Origin: Balanoglossus misakiensis
Taxonomy: Eukaryota; Animalia; Hemichordata
Length of the DNA stretch: 64,000 nucleotides
Assembly (NCBI GenBank): GCA_040954595.2
Contig: CM082584.2
Location: 7,459,919 to 7,523,918 of the forward strand
Direction: 5' to 3'
The notes under the pieces were generated by a model. It was not told the origin of the DNA. It saw nothing but the letters and a program-made list of their open reading frames with translations, and did not search any database. Each line of letters opens with the position of its first letter. The first letter of the stretch is position 1. Below, piece by piece: positions 1-14,074 of this stretch. Made by a program: the position numbers and the translations under genes.

Positions 1-935
1 ATGAAGGGTTCTTAAAATAGTCCATGTATATATGCTTTTTTTAGTACTTCACCTAACACTACAACACAATGTTAATTTTACAGGATTCTGTGCTGGGGGT
101 AACATCAAAAGACATTACTTTTTGCAGACACAGAACTGGTTTATGGGAAAAGTAACTGCCTGTTGCCACTGCTGTGAATTGCAGGATACGAATCCCCTTT
201 TCCATAGGCAACATGACAGAGACAATCCCCATTTATGTCCTAATTACGGAGAGAAATCTAAACAACTACAAATGCTGACACTACAGTGCTGAGGGACTTT
301 GAACAACATTCTCTGGGGAAAAATCAGTTTTAAAGCTCAAGTCTAGGACATTCAATCTATGCCCTACTTCTGACGAAAAACAAACAAAATATTGACACGA
401 AAACTATGGTAAATGTTCGACAAACGGGACACTCTTGTAGCTTGAACAAAAAAAAACCTGAATTACAAAACTAGTAAGTCTGAAATGTAATATGAAAAAC
501 ACAAATGCTTCTGAGTGAAAGTTTGATAATGTATCTTTTCCACATGAAAACTTGTTTTGTTGAAGGCTTGAGTTTGACGAATTCACAGCAAAATGTTTAC
601 TTCAACAACACTGCAAAATGCTTTCTATGAAAAGAAAAACAGGATCGCGAGGCACAGATATTTTTATGTTTAAAACAGCATAAATACATCAAAATAAAAG
701 CTGCATATCTAAATAAAAACAGCTTCATTCACTACCACAGCTAAGGGCTGCGATTTCTTTCCGTATCAAAAAATCTTTAAAATTTTGAAGTTTAAAAAGT
801 ACTTGGATATACTTTTTTTTAAATTAAGCACATTTTCAATGCCTTTCTCATAATTTTAAACTCGCATAATTTAGAGAGCCGAGGGGGGAAAATATTTACA
901 AAAGCAAAGAGTGGAAAACGGGGAAGGCGTCCACG

Positions 936-3900
936 TTAAGGGTTTGCGGTCGACAGCTGAATCAGAGCGAGAGCACCGTACCACTTCTCCCGCTGCTCGT
1001 GCAGTCGACGCTTGGCCGCTAAGCGAGCCTTCTTTCGTTCCGACATGGTCTCGTCGTGTTCTTCCTTTTCGAGTTTTCTTTTGATCTGTTTTTGTTTCTG
1101 GGCGGCCGGTGCCTTCTCTCGCTGTGCTTCGGTGTACCTGTCGATAAAAAAATATCAGGTTTTGACCGATGTTAGTAGCTGCGGTAAGAACCTCCGACTA
1201 GTCAACTTGGATGTTGACATTACCTCCCAATATCAGGAATAGTGACCAAAATAAATATCACATCCATTGGAGGATTGTTGGCAAGATGCATTGTTTGGAA
1301 ACTATAACACGACAAAGCTGCTATTGAAATTTGAAGACAAAGTTACACGGCCTAATTTTAGAGAAATCCGTTTCTTTAGAACTGAAAGAAGTACATGTTT
1401 CTGAACATGAATTTATAATATGGGTACATGTAATAATTTCCACATATTCACACGCATCTTGCATTTGGTTGTGCATTAACAGTCAAGACAGCACCACTAC
1501 AATCTGCATATTGTTTGGATTCTCACCTGTTCAACCACTCGGCAACATCTTTGTTGTTGTCGTTCTCGTTGTTGACGCTCGGCACCTGAGAGGGCTCCGT
1601 GAATTCTCTCTTGAGTCGGGCGAACGGGTGGTCTGGGCAGTGTCTGTTGGCGTGTGTGAATCGACTTTCACATTCTGTAGAGGGGGGGGGAGAGAGGTGA
1701 GGCATATGAGAACATTTCAAATGAATTGGGGGGGGGGGGGGGCAAGGGTTTGCTGCTGAAAGCCCGAGTTTGCCAACAGTGCAGTACATGTATGATGATC
1801 TATTCTGGTGAACATGGTGTAGTAAAAACTACAAAAATTTGTAATCTGAAGTCAAATGACGCAATCCAGCGTTGGTAACAAAGTCACACACGTGTAATTT
1901 GTTTTTCAATCAAAAAAGCGCCATAGTTGTCAAGGTTGTAGTTTGAATTTCCCTCGTAAATTTAAATGGGTGACTCAATTCGTCATGCCCAAACATGTCA
2001 GAGGAGGCATGCAGCATACAACACCTCCACCCAACAAACAATGGACTTGCAGTGTCGCTGTGATTTGTTCCATTGTGTGGAAACAATCACCCCTGAAATT
2101 CAGGAGTTCTGGCATGTGAGGGCTGCCTTGTACTCATGAATATTCAACACTTCTGCCTTTTATTTGAGTTGCCCTCCACTGTGGAGACACACAAAGACTT
2201 CTTTTGAAATCTCCGAAGGCCCTTTTGTAAATTTGTCGGCTGTACAATCGCAAGGTGCATTGTACCTTTCCAACCACCAGTGATTTATCGGAAACATTAC
2301 TTTCTAGGTAACTTTTGGGGCAACTATTAATTTTTCACAATTGCCGATGCAAGTACGGACAGGTCAAGACACACACAGCTTTTGCGGATCTCCCCAAGCG
2401 AGGCCAATAAACACCAACAAACAAACATACCTTTGACCCCTCCCAAAAATTTAAATGCCCCACTGAAACATGCCCGCAGCTCGGGGAAACCTGCTCAGAC
2501 ATGCCGGGACAATGTCGAAATTCGGAATCCAGGCTGAGATTTAATTTTGAAATGTCATTCTCTGTTGTTGCTATGACTCAGGAATGGGGTGACAGCGAAG
2601 CCTTGTTCCAGCCCTATGCTCTGACTCATTATGAGTTATCAAACGTGTGCACTTTTTCAGAAACCTGAGGTCAGATTCGAGAAACATACACTGTACAGAA
2701 CACGCGCAGGTTTGCTTTTGGATGACTTCATCAGACAACAATGTGACTTCGAAAACAAAATCCATTACACGTGCTCCTCTGACACTTCCATCGAATGATC
2801 ACGCCTGTCCACATGATCTAACCACAATTTCTGGTGGTTTTATACTTTTAAGATAAAAAAGTAGGAAATAATACATACCTGGGACAGAACAAACAAATGG
2901 TTTCTCTCCTGTGTGCAGTCTCTGGTGGGTTTTTAGTTGACCACTTTGAACGAATGCCTTGTTGCAGTTCGGGTAGTCACACATGTAAGGACGCTCGCCT
3001 GAGATTGAAAAACAAATGGGCAAGTCATAAGCACAGTGTCACTGATGAAAATTGCTTTAATAATATCAATAATGAGAAACCAACCAAGTGTGCAGTACTA
3101 CTCATTTTTGGGGACTAGTGCAACTGTCAACAGCCATTTAGGCTAAACTGCAGTGCAGCTAGTAATTATGCAATCAAGTTTTAATAATTAATGTAGTGTC
3201 TGTATCCCAAGTTGAAATCTACACGAACTCAAATCTATTTTCTACCCCAAAGGCACCACGGCCTTCTAACAAGGTGAAATATTATAAACAGGATGAATCA
3301 GCCCTAGAGTTGAGTCAGATTCACAAAATATGATGGTGACAAGTCCAGGTAGGTGTGAATAAGCCTTTTGTGATTGTCTATTGTCATGCATTTCACGCGT
3401 AACAACGTAAACCGCATCTTCCCGCCTTTTAAAGTGTACAAAGAAAACAAACCAAGAGACCTTTAAAAACATGACAAATCAACGAAATTATTCAAACTTG
3501 CTGTTGTCCCTTCAAGACGCACACAAATTTTAAGAAGAATCACACCTTTGCGGGTGATTTCACGTGCTGGTTGCTTTCCTGTCGTGTCGGATTTCACGTA
3601 CCTGCGCGGTGTTGCAAGTTGCGTCATATTAGTCTAGTCACAGGCCTTGGATTTTTCCACGATCGCTCACGAAACAATTATTTAGGAAGAAATTTTAGAT
3701 CTGTACATTGTCCAGGAAATTGTGTTTGTCTACTAAGTGTAGATTTGCAACTGAACCGTCCTCGGTGAGCAGTGGGGTACGAGTGACCGCAGGTGCAACT
3801 TATGTTGTAATCATTAGCGAGTGATCGAGGTACTGCACCGGGTCAGTCAAAAACCGGAAATGATCCAGTCAAAATTCCCCCGAAACTGTTAGTGGCAAAT

Positions 3901-4450
3901 AACTTGCACAACTACAAAGATAACATTGTTGTTTGTACTGTTTAGTTTAGGCTTGTGTGGCTTGATCGTTGCATAGTTTTAGTCGTGGCACCGAAAAGCT
4001 TTCGAATCAAGAACAAGACCGACCAGGCCTTTTAACTTTGCCCAGTCATGAAAATTAAACCCTGGAGGGGGTATATTTACCTGTATGTGTCCTCATGTGC
4101 GCTTGTAAAGACTTCTCCCGAGGAAATACCCGGTGGCAGATGTTGCAGCGGATGGAACTACACGACGATGCGCCTTCCTGCATCAGGTTGGCGAGGACAT
4201 CGGCACGGGGACGGCCGCGCCGCAAGCCGTCTTTGTCTCCGCCCGGCGAACTGCAAGTCGAGGACGGGCTGAGCTGGATCTGCTGAGCACTTTCCGCCCA
4301 TCGCCAGGGATATATAGCGAAATCGCTGAGTCCCGGGCTCGTGGCGAGGCCTTCGATCTTCACCGATTTGATTGGAGTTGTCTTCGACATGTCTGGGATA
4401 TTCTTTCGCGGAGAAATCATCGTCGCGGTGATGTTCATACTGTTAGCCAT
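936..4450 (-). CDS. ZNF367: C2H2 zinc finger protein 367 orthologue, 4 coding exons (4450-4081, 2998-2879, 1674-1527, 1137-936), 279 aa
   Basis: Spliced translation has [87 protein letters not shown] and C-terminal [15 protein letters not shown], all recognisable ZNF367 motifs. All introns GT-AG with consistent phases (1,1,2); 840 nt. Confidence 0.93.
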
Positions 4451-4481
4451 GTTGTTGATCGAATGTCGAGTGTGATGTGTA

Positions 4482-4511
4482 CCCGCCAAGAAACGTTTGT
4501 TATTTCCCGCC
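4482..4511. promoter_or_regulatory. Two E2F-type sites just upstream of the ZNF367 start codon
   Basis: TTTCCCGC at 4503-4510 and CCCGCCAA (TTGGCGGG on minus) at 4482-4489. Motif match only. Confidence 0.5.
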
Positions 4512-6990
4512 TAATTCGCAATGCACCATGGAACCGAAATTTACATAGAATATGTTAATTATTTACTTTTATTGACAACATGGGACAGCTGCGTGTCGTT
4601 GCACTCCAACAGTTTTCATGCATTATGGGCTCGCCCTTTTGTTTCTGGTCTTTCTCGCATCAGAATTTTAAGTGATATTGCGAAGTATACACAATGTGTA
4701 TCTCCGAAAGTCTCTATGAGGTCGCATTTTAAGCACGATTTGTAACACGCTATCGCGCGCGTACGCGCTATGCCGTCCCACTCACAGGGTTTTACTTGTC
4801 AGAACACGGATTCATATGACTTATGCCCTGGGCTTATGCGAGATATTTTCACGGTGCATGTGCAATGGAGAAGCGTGGAAATATCCCTTTACAAATTGAA
4901 TTTCGGCCCTTGGTCAATCAAATTTCCATTCAAATTGATTTGGGGTACAGTTATGTCATTTTGAAATGGACATGCAAGTGTGAGCAAAAGTTGAAATAAA
5001 TTCTGAACACAAGTCCAGTCACGTTTTGCCCATTGATATCCTTTTTTCTTTACCAAGCGCGGCGTGCGCCATTGCCTTATATGGCAGTTTTAACCTTTCA
5101 CCGATGCATGCGTAGGACATAGCGGTGCTATGACTTATTTATCCATTGGTGAGTTGAAGGGGCGAGCAGAACAAAAGCGGCGCGTGACAAGCTGCGGGTA
5201 AAACGCTTAAAAAGCGCGCCTAAAATTGGAAACAAAAACCTACGAAGTAACAACAAAGGGAGCGCAGCTGAACCCATTGTAGAAAAAACATATATAGATA
5301 TGTGGCCGATTTTTTCCTCAAAAATAGTCTTCCAAATTTTCAGAGGATAACTGAAAATTATAACCATGTAGATAAAACCATAACAAAGATTATTATTTTC
5401 CAAAAATCTAGAATATATTTACTTCAAATCCACCAAAAAATCAAATATATAAAATTAAGTTAAAAGAAAATGCTTGAAGTGCTTACTGTTTAGGCATGAA
5501 ACATCAATGACAAGATTCTTTATCTGTCGACTATTAGAGAGGCTATCTTTCGTTAACAATTTCGACAGACACCACAAAGAAAATACGTTCTGGCGTTTTA
5601 AATTGAGAAGCGTTGGTGTCGCAGACTGTGAAAATAATATATATTTTCGGTGGAGATTCTGGATTATTCGAGGAAGTCAGCACATAAAGAGATGTCTGAG
5701 ATTAAGTCAGCTATGGACAGAAGGGCATTCTGTAAGCTTGTTTGCCAGATCTTCTTCAGTACATGTTGTTGGGTAGGGCGGTGCGCATATATACTAATTG
5801 TTTATTGGGAGAAATAGGTGTTGTTTGTTTGATGCTATTGTCTTCTCGACTGTTTAAAGTCACAAGTTCATCAAGTTTGGAAAATATATTCACTCTACCG
5901 GTGCACGAAAAGGCACACAAAACACCAAAACAAGATATCAGCCGACAACACCCAGGGAGACAATCCTAGAGAAAACGCGACTCTCTCTCGGTTATACTTT
6001 ATCATGGTTCTGTACAATCATTTCTCGCCAAAATATGGATAATAAGGGTAATAATATATATTTCCTCGCCTGAAAAAAATCTGGCGAAAACCCTGTTATA
6101 GTTTCGACCGTTTTCCTCGCGCGCTGGACACAAAGCACCACATGACCAGCATCCTGAACAAATATCGAGCCCAAGTAATTAGATTCGTGGTTTTGATGTA
6201 CATGTACAAACCAGACAGAAATTGCAAACATGATGCGCGAATTCATGTTAACTTGGAAATTTTTCCTCACTATGTAGTACACCTCGCCTTTCTCTTAACT
6301 CCTCATGTCTGACAGAATTTTAAGCGCCAAAAATGGAGGAATTTATTCATTAACTGGCCGATTTAGTTAATAATATGGGCAGCTGCTCCGTGAGTCATGT
6401 GAGCATCACGTGGTCATGGTCCGATTTTCCAAAGTCCTTTTGCCCCGCCATTTCATTCGCTCTCCCGGTCTTTGTATACAAGTATATCTATGCTTTATCG
6501 CTTTCTTTCCTTTAGTGAAAAATGGTAGGATTTGTGTCGTGCATTTTAGTCGTTTAGAATGAATAGTTCCCCCTCTATTAACTTTGGCTGAACCGAACAT
6601 GGAAAAATCACAAAACAGGGTTACCAAGAAACAATAGGCCTACGTGTTTCATCTAGACGGGGGTGGGGTGGGGGTGATTCATGGTGGCACCCCAGCAATT
6701 TGCCAAGGGGTGACCAGTGCCACTCACATGCTGCAGATATCACATCCCCCTTGCCGGAGTGGGAGCCCGCCCAAGTTAGCTGGCAAAGAGGAGGGGGGGG
6801 GACAATCCCACTGTGGATGCCATACTGGATGGGACGTTAACATTGCTTTATTGCAACCATGGTCAGTTATCGCAACGTTGAATGGCCACCTGTTCGAATT
6901 CAACCACTTTTAATGCTTACTTCATTGCGACGCGGATTGTGAGGTTGGTTCCGAGACTGTCGACATTGGCTCTCTCGCACTCTCGATTAG

Positions 6991-7006
6991 TGATGATGAT
7001 GATGAA

Positions 7007-7039
<33 letters not shown>

Positions 7040-7040
7040 A

Positions 7041-7107
<67 letters not shown>
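6991..7107. repeat. (GAT)n trinucleotide microsatellite
   Basis: Near-perfect TGA/GAT run, ~117 bp. Confidence 0.97.
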
Positions 7108-7108
<1 letters not shown>

Positions 7109-7543
7109 AAAAACTGAAGTCTTGGACCGCTACAGTCAGGCCTGACGCCATTCAAAACTATGTCTGCGTTTTTCCCTCAGGCCTACCCAATCGACTTTGC
7201 GATGCTAAAGTTCTTCTTTTTTTCAGAAATTGCTAACCTTTACAACAGCGCATAATCAGTGGCACATAACAAAACATGTAGAAAATCCGATGTGATTTAA
7301 TTTTACTGTTTTACAAATGTTTTACGCAAATGTATGTGCAGGTGCATATATACCACGGCGTGCATGGCATCCTGTCTTGCATGCGAGGGTCGAATTAAAA
7401 CAGCGCCCCCTTATGGTAACCTCCATATCGCCAATGACATTCCACAGTCAAACCAGCCATATTGGATTCCAGGTAGCACTGACTTCAACGCGCATCGCGT
7501 TTTAATCCGAACCATCCTTCGCTTATAGAAGGATTGCGACAGA

Positions 7544-10500
7544 ATGGACGTCTCCTATGGAATAGGAGTGACGAACAGGTTTCAAGTGTTTCTTGATGAG
7601 GATGGCGACCCTGATGCTATCTTTGAAATAGATGAGCAAAAAAAGGACGACAAGCCGCCGAAGAAACAGGACAAGAAGACGAAGGGTGATGTGAAACAGA
7701 AACAGAACCAACAGCAAACTATCAACAAAAAGGAGCCCCTGCAGACCGCTAATGCCAAGAAAGATGGTAATTTGCTTAGTGTATATTGTTCTCTTTTGAA
7801 CTGAAACCTCACAAATGTTGCACTAGGTTCAATAACATAAACGCACACATGCATGTGGTCCCTCGCCATGACGTAGTTGTAGGGATTCAGGCCTGTCATT
7901 TTTCGTAGCACAGTCACTGAATATAACGGTACAAATTGGAAAATATTAAGGCGGGCATACATTGCTACAATGGCCAAGATACACCGGAGAATTATTGTGT
8001 AGATGCAGTCCCTTCGAATCTGAAACTTCGTTGCATGTATTAACATTTCGTGACATTTTATAGACGCCGTGGTCGTCCGTCCCGAGATGCTCCTAAGTCA
8101 TTCATTGCAACCACGTTTTTCCCCAGCAAAGCACGCCGTAGCAGACACGCCGTCTTATCTCGACGACATTCGTTTTCAAAGTGTCATTCGCCGTGGTTTT
8201 GTTGGGTCCCCAAAGTAATGTAAGACGAGATGATCATAAAGTGTGTAGCTAACAATACTCCAATCTCCAAAAACCTAAATTTACAACACGCCATTCACAC
8301 AGAGTCGGCCATTGGGACCACATGTCCCCGTCCATCTGACCTTGAGCCTGCCGGGCCAGGACGAGGGGGTCATTTTTGCTGAATGTTCAAACTTGGCTAA
8401 TTTGGCGTTTAGAGGTCATGACACTTAATAGGAAAAGCTGTGCGTATTATAAGGTTATTAATAGTACATGTACACAATTAAATTTTTCAACACGTATATG
8501 CAGGCATATACAAGAGGAGTATTAATTTATTTGTGCACAAGCGAGTCCCTGAAAACAGTTTTCCAGGGATCAGTCCAACCATCTGATATTATTGTGAATG
8601 GCACAATAAGAGAACCTGTGAAATATCTTAGGGCCGTCACCGTGTATAACAGCGCACAATACAATGTTATAAATAATTGGTAGTTACATCATCTTCATGT
8701 CCTGCTAATCATTCATTGGATTGTATTGATCCACCTTTAGCAAGCCTGTTACCTGTACACACGGTTTATCTGGTTCTGATAATTATTGGCTGACATTAAT
8801 CACCTGACCAGGAATCTTTACTTTTGTGTTTGCAAAAGCAGGTTTGATTTGCAATATTCCTGTGTATACACTACTGGTATTTAAAACGCTAATAACTTTG
8901 CACCACACAATATACCAGCAGATAAAACGTTCCTGCCACAGCTTGCCCTGCAAGTTCAGAGGTCACAATGAAACTGATCAGTGATCGGGTCGGTTTACAA
9001 CCACATTCAATATGATGGAAATATGATTATTGGTCAGGCATAATTGCTGACAGTGAAATGGTGACCATAGACAATACTACTGTCTATGCATATGCGTAGT
9101 ATTGTCTATGGTTAGTGCTTTAGTGGGAGTGCCATATCTTGTGAATGAGAAGGCATACTGTGTGTGCCATCCATTGGCACCTCATTAACATAACTGTTTA
9201 CAGTTGACATGCCCTTATCACTGAAAATCACAGTGATTCCATTGGTCAGCATTGGCCTGTTATGTAACTGGTATTATGCAGCTTTTTTGTCAGCAGTCAT
9301 GTATGCACAGAGCTGAGCAAAGATTTGCTTGACCTATAACTGTACAGAGAAGGCAACGTTGGATTCTGTGATATTAACACGTCCTCTTGATCACAATGCC
9401 CTGTCACAGTGTACTGTTATGTTTAACCAGGGTTACATACTTGGTCTTTTTAGCACATATCAAAACATTAGGGTGTTTTCGATATTATTGAGAGGGTCCC
9501 ATGTGTCTGGTGTTAAATGTAATTACGTTATTGTACATCAGTAGACATATACTGATCCAAAAATGTATGATTTTGATGGTTAATGACATGCATAACTTGC
9601 CTGCAAATACATATATAAACCAAGCTCAAATTTGAAGGCCAGAATGTCAGTTACATCTGTCTTCTCTTAGTCATACTCGTGATGAACTGCTTTGTAGTGA
9701 AATGCTCTTAATACAACACAAGTGAAGTTGGAAAGAAAGCTTGTGCTTTTATAACATTGAAATGTACTTTCCACAGAAACTGTTCGAGAACCCTCCAGTA
9801 AGCCGCCACGTCAGCAGCGTGAGGACAGGCGACAGGGCAATCGCAACGTAGTCAACAACACGGACGAGAACAGGAGGCCCGACGTGCGACGCAACCGCGA
9901 GAGACGACCACCCCGCGAGGACACCGACCCCCAGGCAGCCACATCATCCCCACCGGACTTCAAGAACGAGCGCGACACGCGGGACCGGCCGGAGCGCGGC
10001 CGAGGATTCCGCGGGAGAGGAGGCAGGGGCCGGGGCTACTACGGCGGCCGCGACAACCGGGGGAAGCGCGAGTACGAACGGCACAGCGGAAGTGACAAGA
10101 GGTGAGTCTCCTGTTTGTGAGCACGATAATGGACAGCGCAATGAAATGAATGCCGTATTCAGTCCTATAATCCACATGCGTTTCTGCTCAACTAATGGAG
10201 TCTTATTCTGGCTCGTAATTACACCTAAGTTGTACTACTAGTAAATTTGCCCACAGTGTGTTGGCTTTTATGCTGCTTGTTTTAGTGTGTGTAGTTAGCC
10301 ACTAATTAGTGCATGCTTTGACAATGCAAGTGAATAGTCGTAGCAGCAAAATTTCAACAATCACCTTAATGTCTACGTAGTAACTGTAGTCTCGTACTGG
10401 CTGGCTTTGAGCGTGTGCTAGTTAGTCGGAAATAGAGCAGTGTTTGTCCATAACGCAACTCACTACAGTGCATATATCGTCTGTCCACCACACACAATTT

Positions 10501-12486
10501 CTTCCATCTTTAGTTTTTAGTAACCATAGCTACGTGTGTAAAAATAAACATGTTGTGTTTGTTCGTTTCTGTGATAGCGTGTCTTACAGTAAAGACTTGC
10601 CCCATTTCCTCTCCCCCGCCACCACACACACGCACCTTACTTAACTACTAATCATAGTAACATTCCATTGACTGTCCTCTTTTTTTCTTTTTTTTTTCTC
10701 CTCCCTGCATCATGTGTGTGCGTGCACCTTGTCCGACAACTTGTCTCGTTCCATTTAACTCTGCCACTGACTACCACTACTACTGCAAAACTCACTGTAA
10801 CTGGATATTCTGATTGAGGGTCTAAAGTTCTTCTTCTAGCTCGGTCAAGCCACAGGACAAGCGCGACGGATCCGGCTCCCACAACTGGGGCAACGTCAAG
10901 GACGAAGTGAAGGACGTGACCAGCCTGGAGATGAATACCTCAAACGTTAGCGAAGACGCCGAGTGGTCTGCGCAGAACGAAGACCCGGAAGCCAAGGAAA
11001 AGTAAGCTTTTTCATTCCTGATTACATTGGGATGCTGTTGCCATTAATTTACGTAATCCTGTATATCGTTAAAGGTTTTCTTCTTATGGCCATGTGGTGG
11101 CGCTCTCTTGGCCACCCAAGTAAAAACCCCAGTGATTGCCTTGACCTCTGCTTTACATAGTCGCCACTGTATTTCCTGAACGTATAACATTTACAGAACT
11201 GCATGAAAAATACAGGTGACTTGTGTTGCTGAAACGTGTTGGCGAGCAGAGGTGAGAATGTTCATAGGCAATAGGCCAGCACAGTCATACTAAATGGCCT
11301 TCCAAGGCACGCTGTGTTAATTAATAAGTAAAAGCGTGTAGTCTCAAACGTCTTGTCTTGTATGGGTCTGACACGGCAGGGGTGCGGAAAATGCCGAGGA
11401 GGAGACGGAAGCCGCGGAAGAGACCAAGGAGATGACTCTGGACGAATACAAGGCCCTGATGACCAAAGAGCGGGAGAAGATTGCCGCCCGGCAGTTCAAC
11501 GTGCGCAAGGCCGGCGAGGGGGAGGACCAGGGACAGTGGAAGAAGACCTACGTTTTGAAGAAGGACCGCGCTGACGCAGAAGCTAGGGTATGTACTTCAG
11601 CACCTTCTTGAGGGGGTTGTTAGTTTTTGTAATATGCATGACTAATGTTGAAATGCGGTGTACCTTAATCAAACCGGCCCCCCCCCCTCACACCTCTTCA
11701 AAGATTTTAATGCCAAAATGCTTTGAAAGTTCACATACCTCACCACCCTTTCCACACATACCCACATGATGCAAAATACAGTTTCCATTTAAAGATGCAA
11801 TATTTTCCTGATAGCAATATCTGTGCTATGCGCAACCCATACTATCCCCCTACCCCTCCCCACAAAAAAAGTAACCACAGTAAAAAGTAAAACCTCTCTG
11901 TAGTGGCCAGTTAAGGGACTTTCCTAAACTGGCCTTTATAGAGAGGTGACCTTTATATAGAGGTTAATTAACACACATGTAAATTGCATAGGGACTGTAA
12001 CAAAGTGGCCACTACATAGAGGTGACCCCTATATAGGGGTGGCCACTAAGAGGGGTTTGACTGCAAATGTTTTTGGCATTGAGACTGACAGATTTCTGTC
12101 GAGTTTCTGGCAAGACTGACCCAGTTGCCCTCAGTTTGTGACACGTAATTTACCTGGAGACTCTCTCCCACCCAACCTAGGCATCCGAAGACCGCTACGT
12201 GCGTGAGCGCAGCTCCAAGCCGACCATCGACATTGAGATCAAGTTCGCCGAGTATCCCTCCCGCGGCGGCGGCGGTGGCAGCGCTGGACGCGGCGGAGGT
12301 CGGCGCGGCCGCCGGGGTCGCGGCGGCCCGAGCGGGGGAGGCGGTGCGGGCGGCCGCGGAGGAGGTGGAGGATTCGGAGGCGGTGGCGGCGGCGGCCCGT
12401 TCGGTGGGAACTCCCGCAAGACGCCCGCCGGAGGATCGGCCCCCAAAATGGACGACGAGAACGACTTCCCGGTGTTGATGAAGTAA
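7544..12486 (+). CDS. SERBP1: SERBP1/HABP4-family mRNA- and ribosome-binding protein, 5 coding exons (7544-7766, 9777-10101, 10840-11001, 11380-11587, 12181-12486), 407 aa
   Basis: N-terminal YGIGVTNRF..LDED.DP, then GKREYERHSGSD, KRDGSGSHNWG, KEMTLDEYKA, FNVRKAGEGED..QWKK, RGG boxes and C-terminal APKMDDENDFPVL. Junction phases 1,2,2,0 are consistent; 1224 nt. Probably a pro-orthologue of both SERBP1 and HABP4. Confidence 0.92.
9064..9112. repeat. Perfect 17-bp inverted repeat (hairpin) in SERBP1 intron 1
   Basis: ACCATAGACAATACTAC (9064-9080) and GTAGTATTGTCTATGGT (9096-9112). Confidence 0.85.
11886..12063. mobile_element. MITE-like element (Tc1/mariner-pogo-like CAGT end) in SERBP1 intron 4
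   Basis: Imperfect terminal inverted repeats AGTAAAACCTCTCTGTAGTGGCCA and TGGCCACTAAGAGGGGTTTGACTG; internal repeated AGAGGTGACCyyTATATAG units. Confidence 0.65.
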
Positions 12487-14074
12487 AGAAGAAAAGTGCT
12501 ACCTGTGCGGGAACTCGGTGAAACGAAAGCGATGATAAGAGGACAAAACGTCTGCCAGAAATTTACTCATGACGTGGACTTATTTGAAACTCTCCGGTAT
12601 CTGCCACTGATGTGGACAAAGACACTCTAGAAAATTATGCTCGAACAATATCTTGAAAAATTGAGAGTTGACCAGAAAAAAAAAAAATAGAAACCAGCTT
12701 AAAAATGTTTTTTTTGTCTTTTTATTATTAAGAAGAGAACAGACGTTTTCTTCTATTTTTTTTACATTTTCCCTTTGTTTTCATATGTATTATACAATGT
12801 TGTGTATTCTAGTACTCTTTCCTTTGTAGAGCACATTCTCCACAATATAGACTACACTATGGCTGCCAAGTTGTGTATTTAAGGGAAAAAAATTATGACA
12901 ATTTAATGTTGCTCATAGTGCTGCATTCCTGTAAGTTAAATGGAATGTTGTACATTTCACTCGTGACCTAATGCAGAAGCCACATCCGAGCCTAGGACCG
13001 TTTTTTTTTTCCAGTGGAAATATGAAATTGTATTACGTACTGGTGGTGTTAACAACGGAAGAATTTTGTGGATCTTGCGAAAAAATCTTTCCCTAGATGT
13101 GCATATAGTTGGAGTTTCTTTTCCCCCCACAAGCTGTAAAAAATGCCGTCCTCGGGCGGCCCAGGGACACAAAGGGGTGTGAAGCAATTGGCCTGTGTTG
13201 TCGCTGCCTCGCACATGATAGAATCAAATCATAATCAATACGTAGTTAATTTAAAAATGTTTCAATTGAAAAATTCACCACTTTATCGGTGAAGAAGGGA
13301 CAGCTATTTAAAAACTAATGATATTACGAAGGCATAAACTTGCGAATGCGTTTTGTATTTGGACACTGGAGTATTAATTAACATATTAAGGCAGATACCA
13401 CTCTGGGACAAGTCTTGAGACAGTCTTTGGCATAGTTTTGACCAAGGTATTTTTGCTAGTAAATGTGTTGAACTTACAAAAAAAAAAAATCTGTATTCAC
13501 AAGGGTTATTTTGGAAAAGGGAAGTTGGTTGCCTTTTCCCCCCCCCCCTCCCTCCCTCCAGGGCTTTGCGCGACATTGAGATGTCTGACACACATGAATT
13601 AAACACTAAAATGAAATCAGTTTATTTCAACAACCGTTACAAATAAAACCTTTTGAGCTCTTGGAAACCTACGCCGTTGCTTTGTGTGTGCATTGTTTTT
13701 GTTACTGGCGAATCCACAGTCAGAATAAAATTTGGATTAAATAATTTGGCGATTTCTTCAGTGACTTTTGATAACAGTTGCCAAACCAGCAAAATGAAAA
13801 GCGAAAATAAAATTTGTATGTCATCTGACAATCTGATTAAAATCAGATGTAGAGTTAGGTGCAGTCTTTACCTTTGGAGAGAAGAAAAGAGTCTAGCAGC
13901 AGAAATGTACAATAACATGGAAGGATTTTAACAACTGATGAAGAGATTGTTCCATATGTGATAGAGATTTTACTATGTCTCTTTGTCTTGAACAAAACAT
14001 GAGAAAAATATGAAGACTTTGATTTTGGAGGCACACACTATATACTTATCTGTACGAAAAAAAAACAAATGCCC

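Noticed and set aside
6882-7155. Poly-Met/poly-Ser ORFs (also 57632-57868)
   Set aside because: Translations of (GAT)n/(CAT)n microsatellites.
10578-10589. In-frame 12-nt SERBP1 microexon (VSYS) resembling the vertebrate insert
   Set aside because: No GT donor follows the 12th base; only an 11-nt frameshifting version has a donor.
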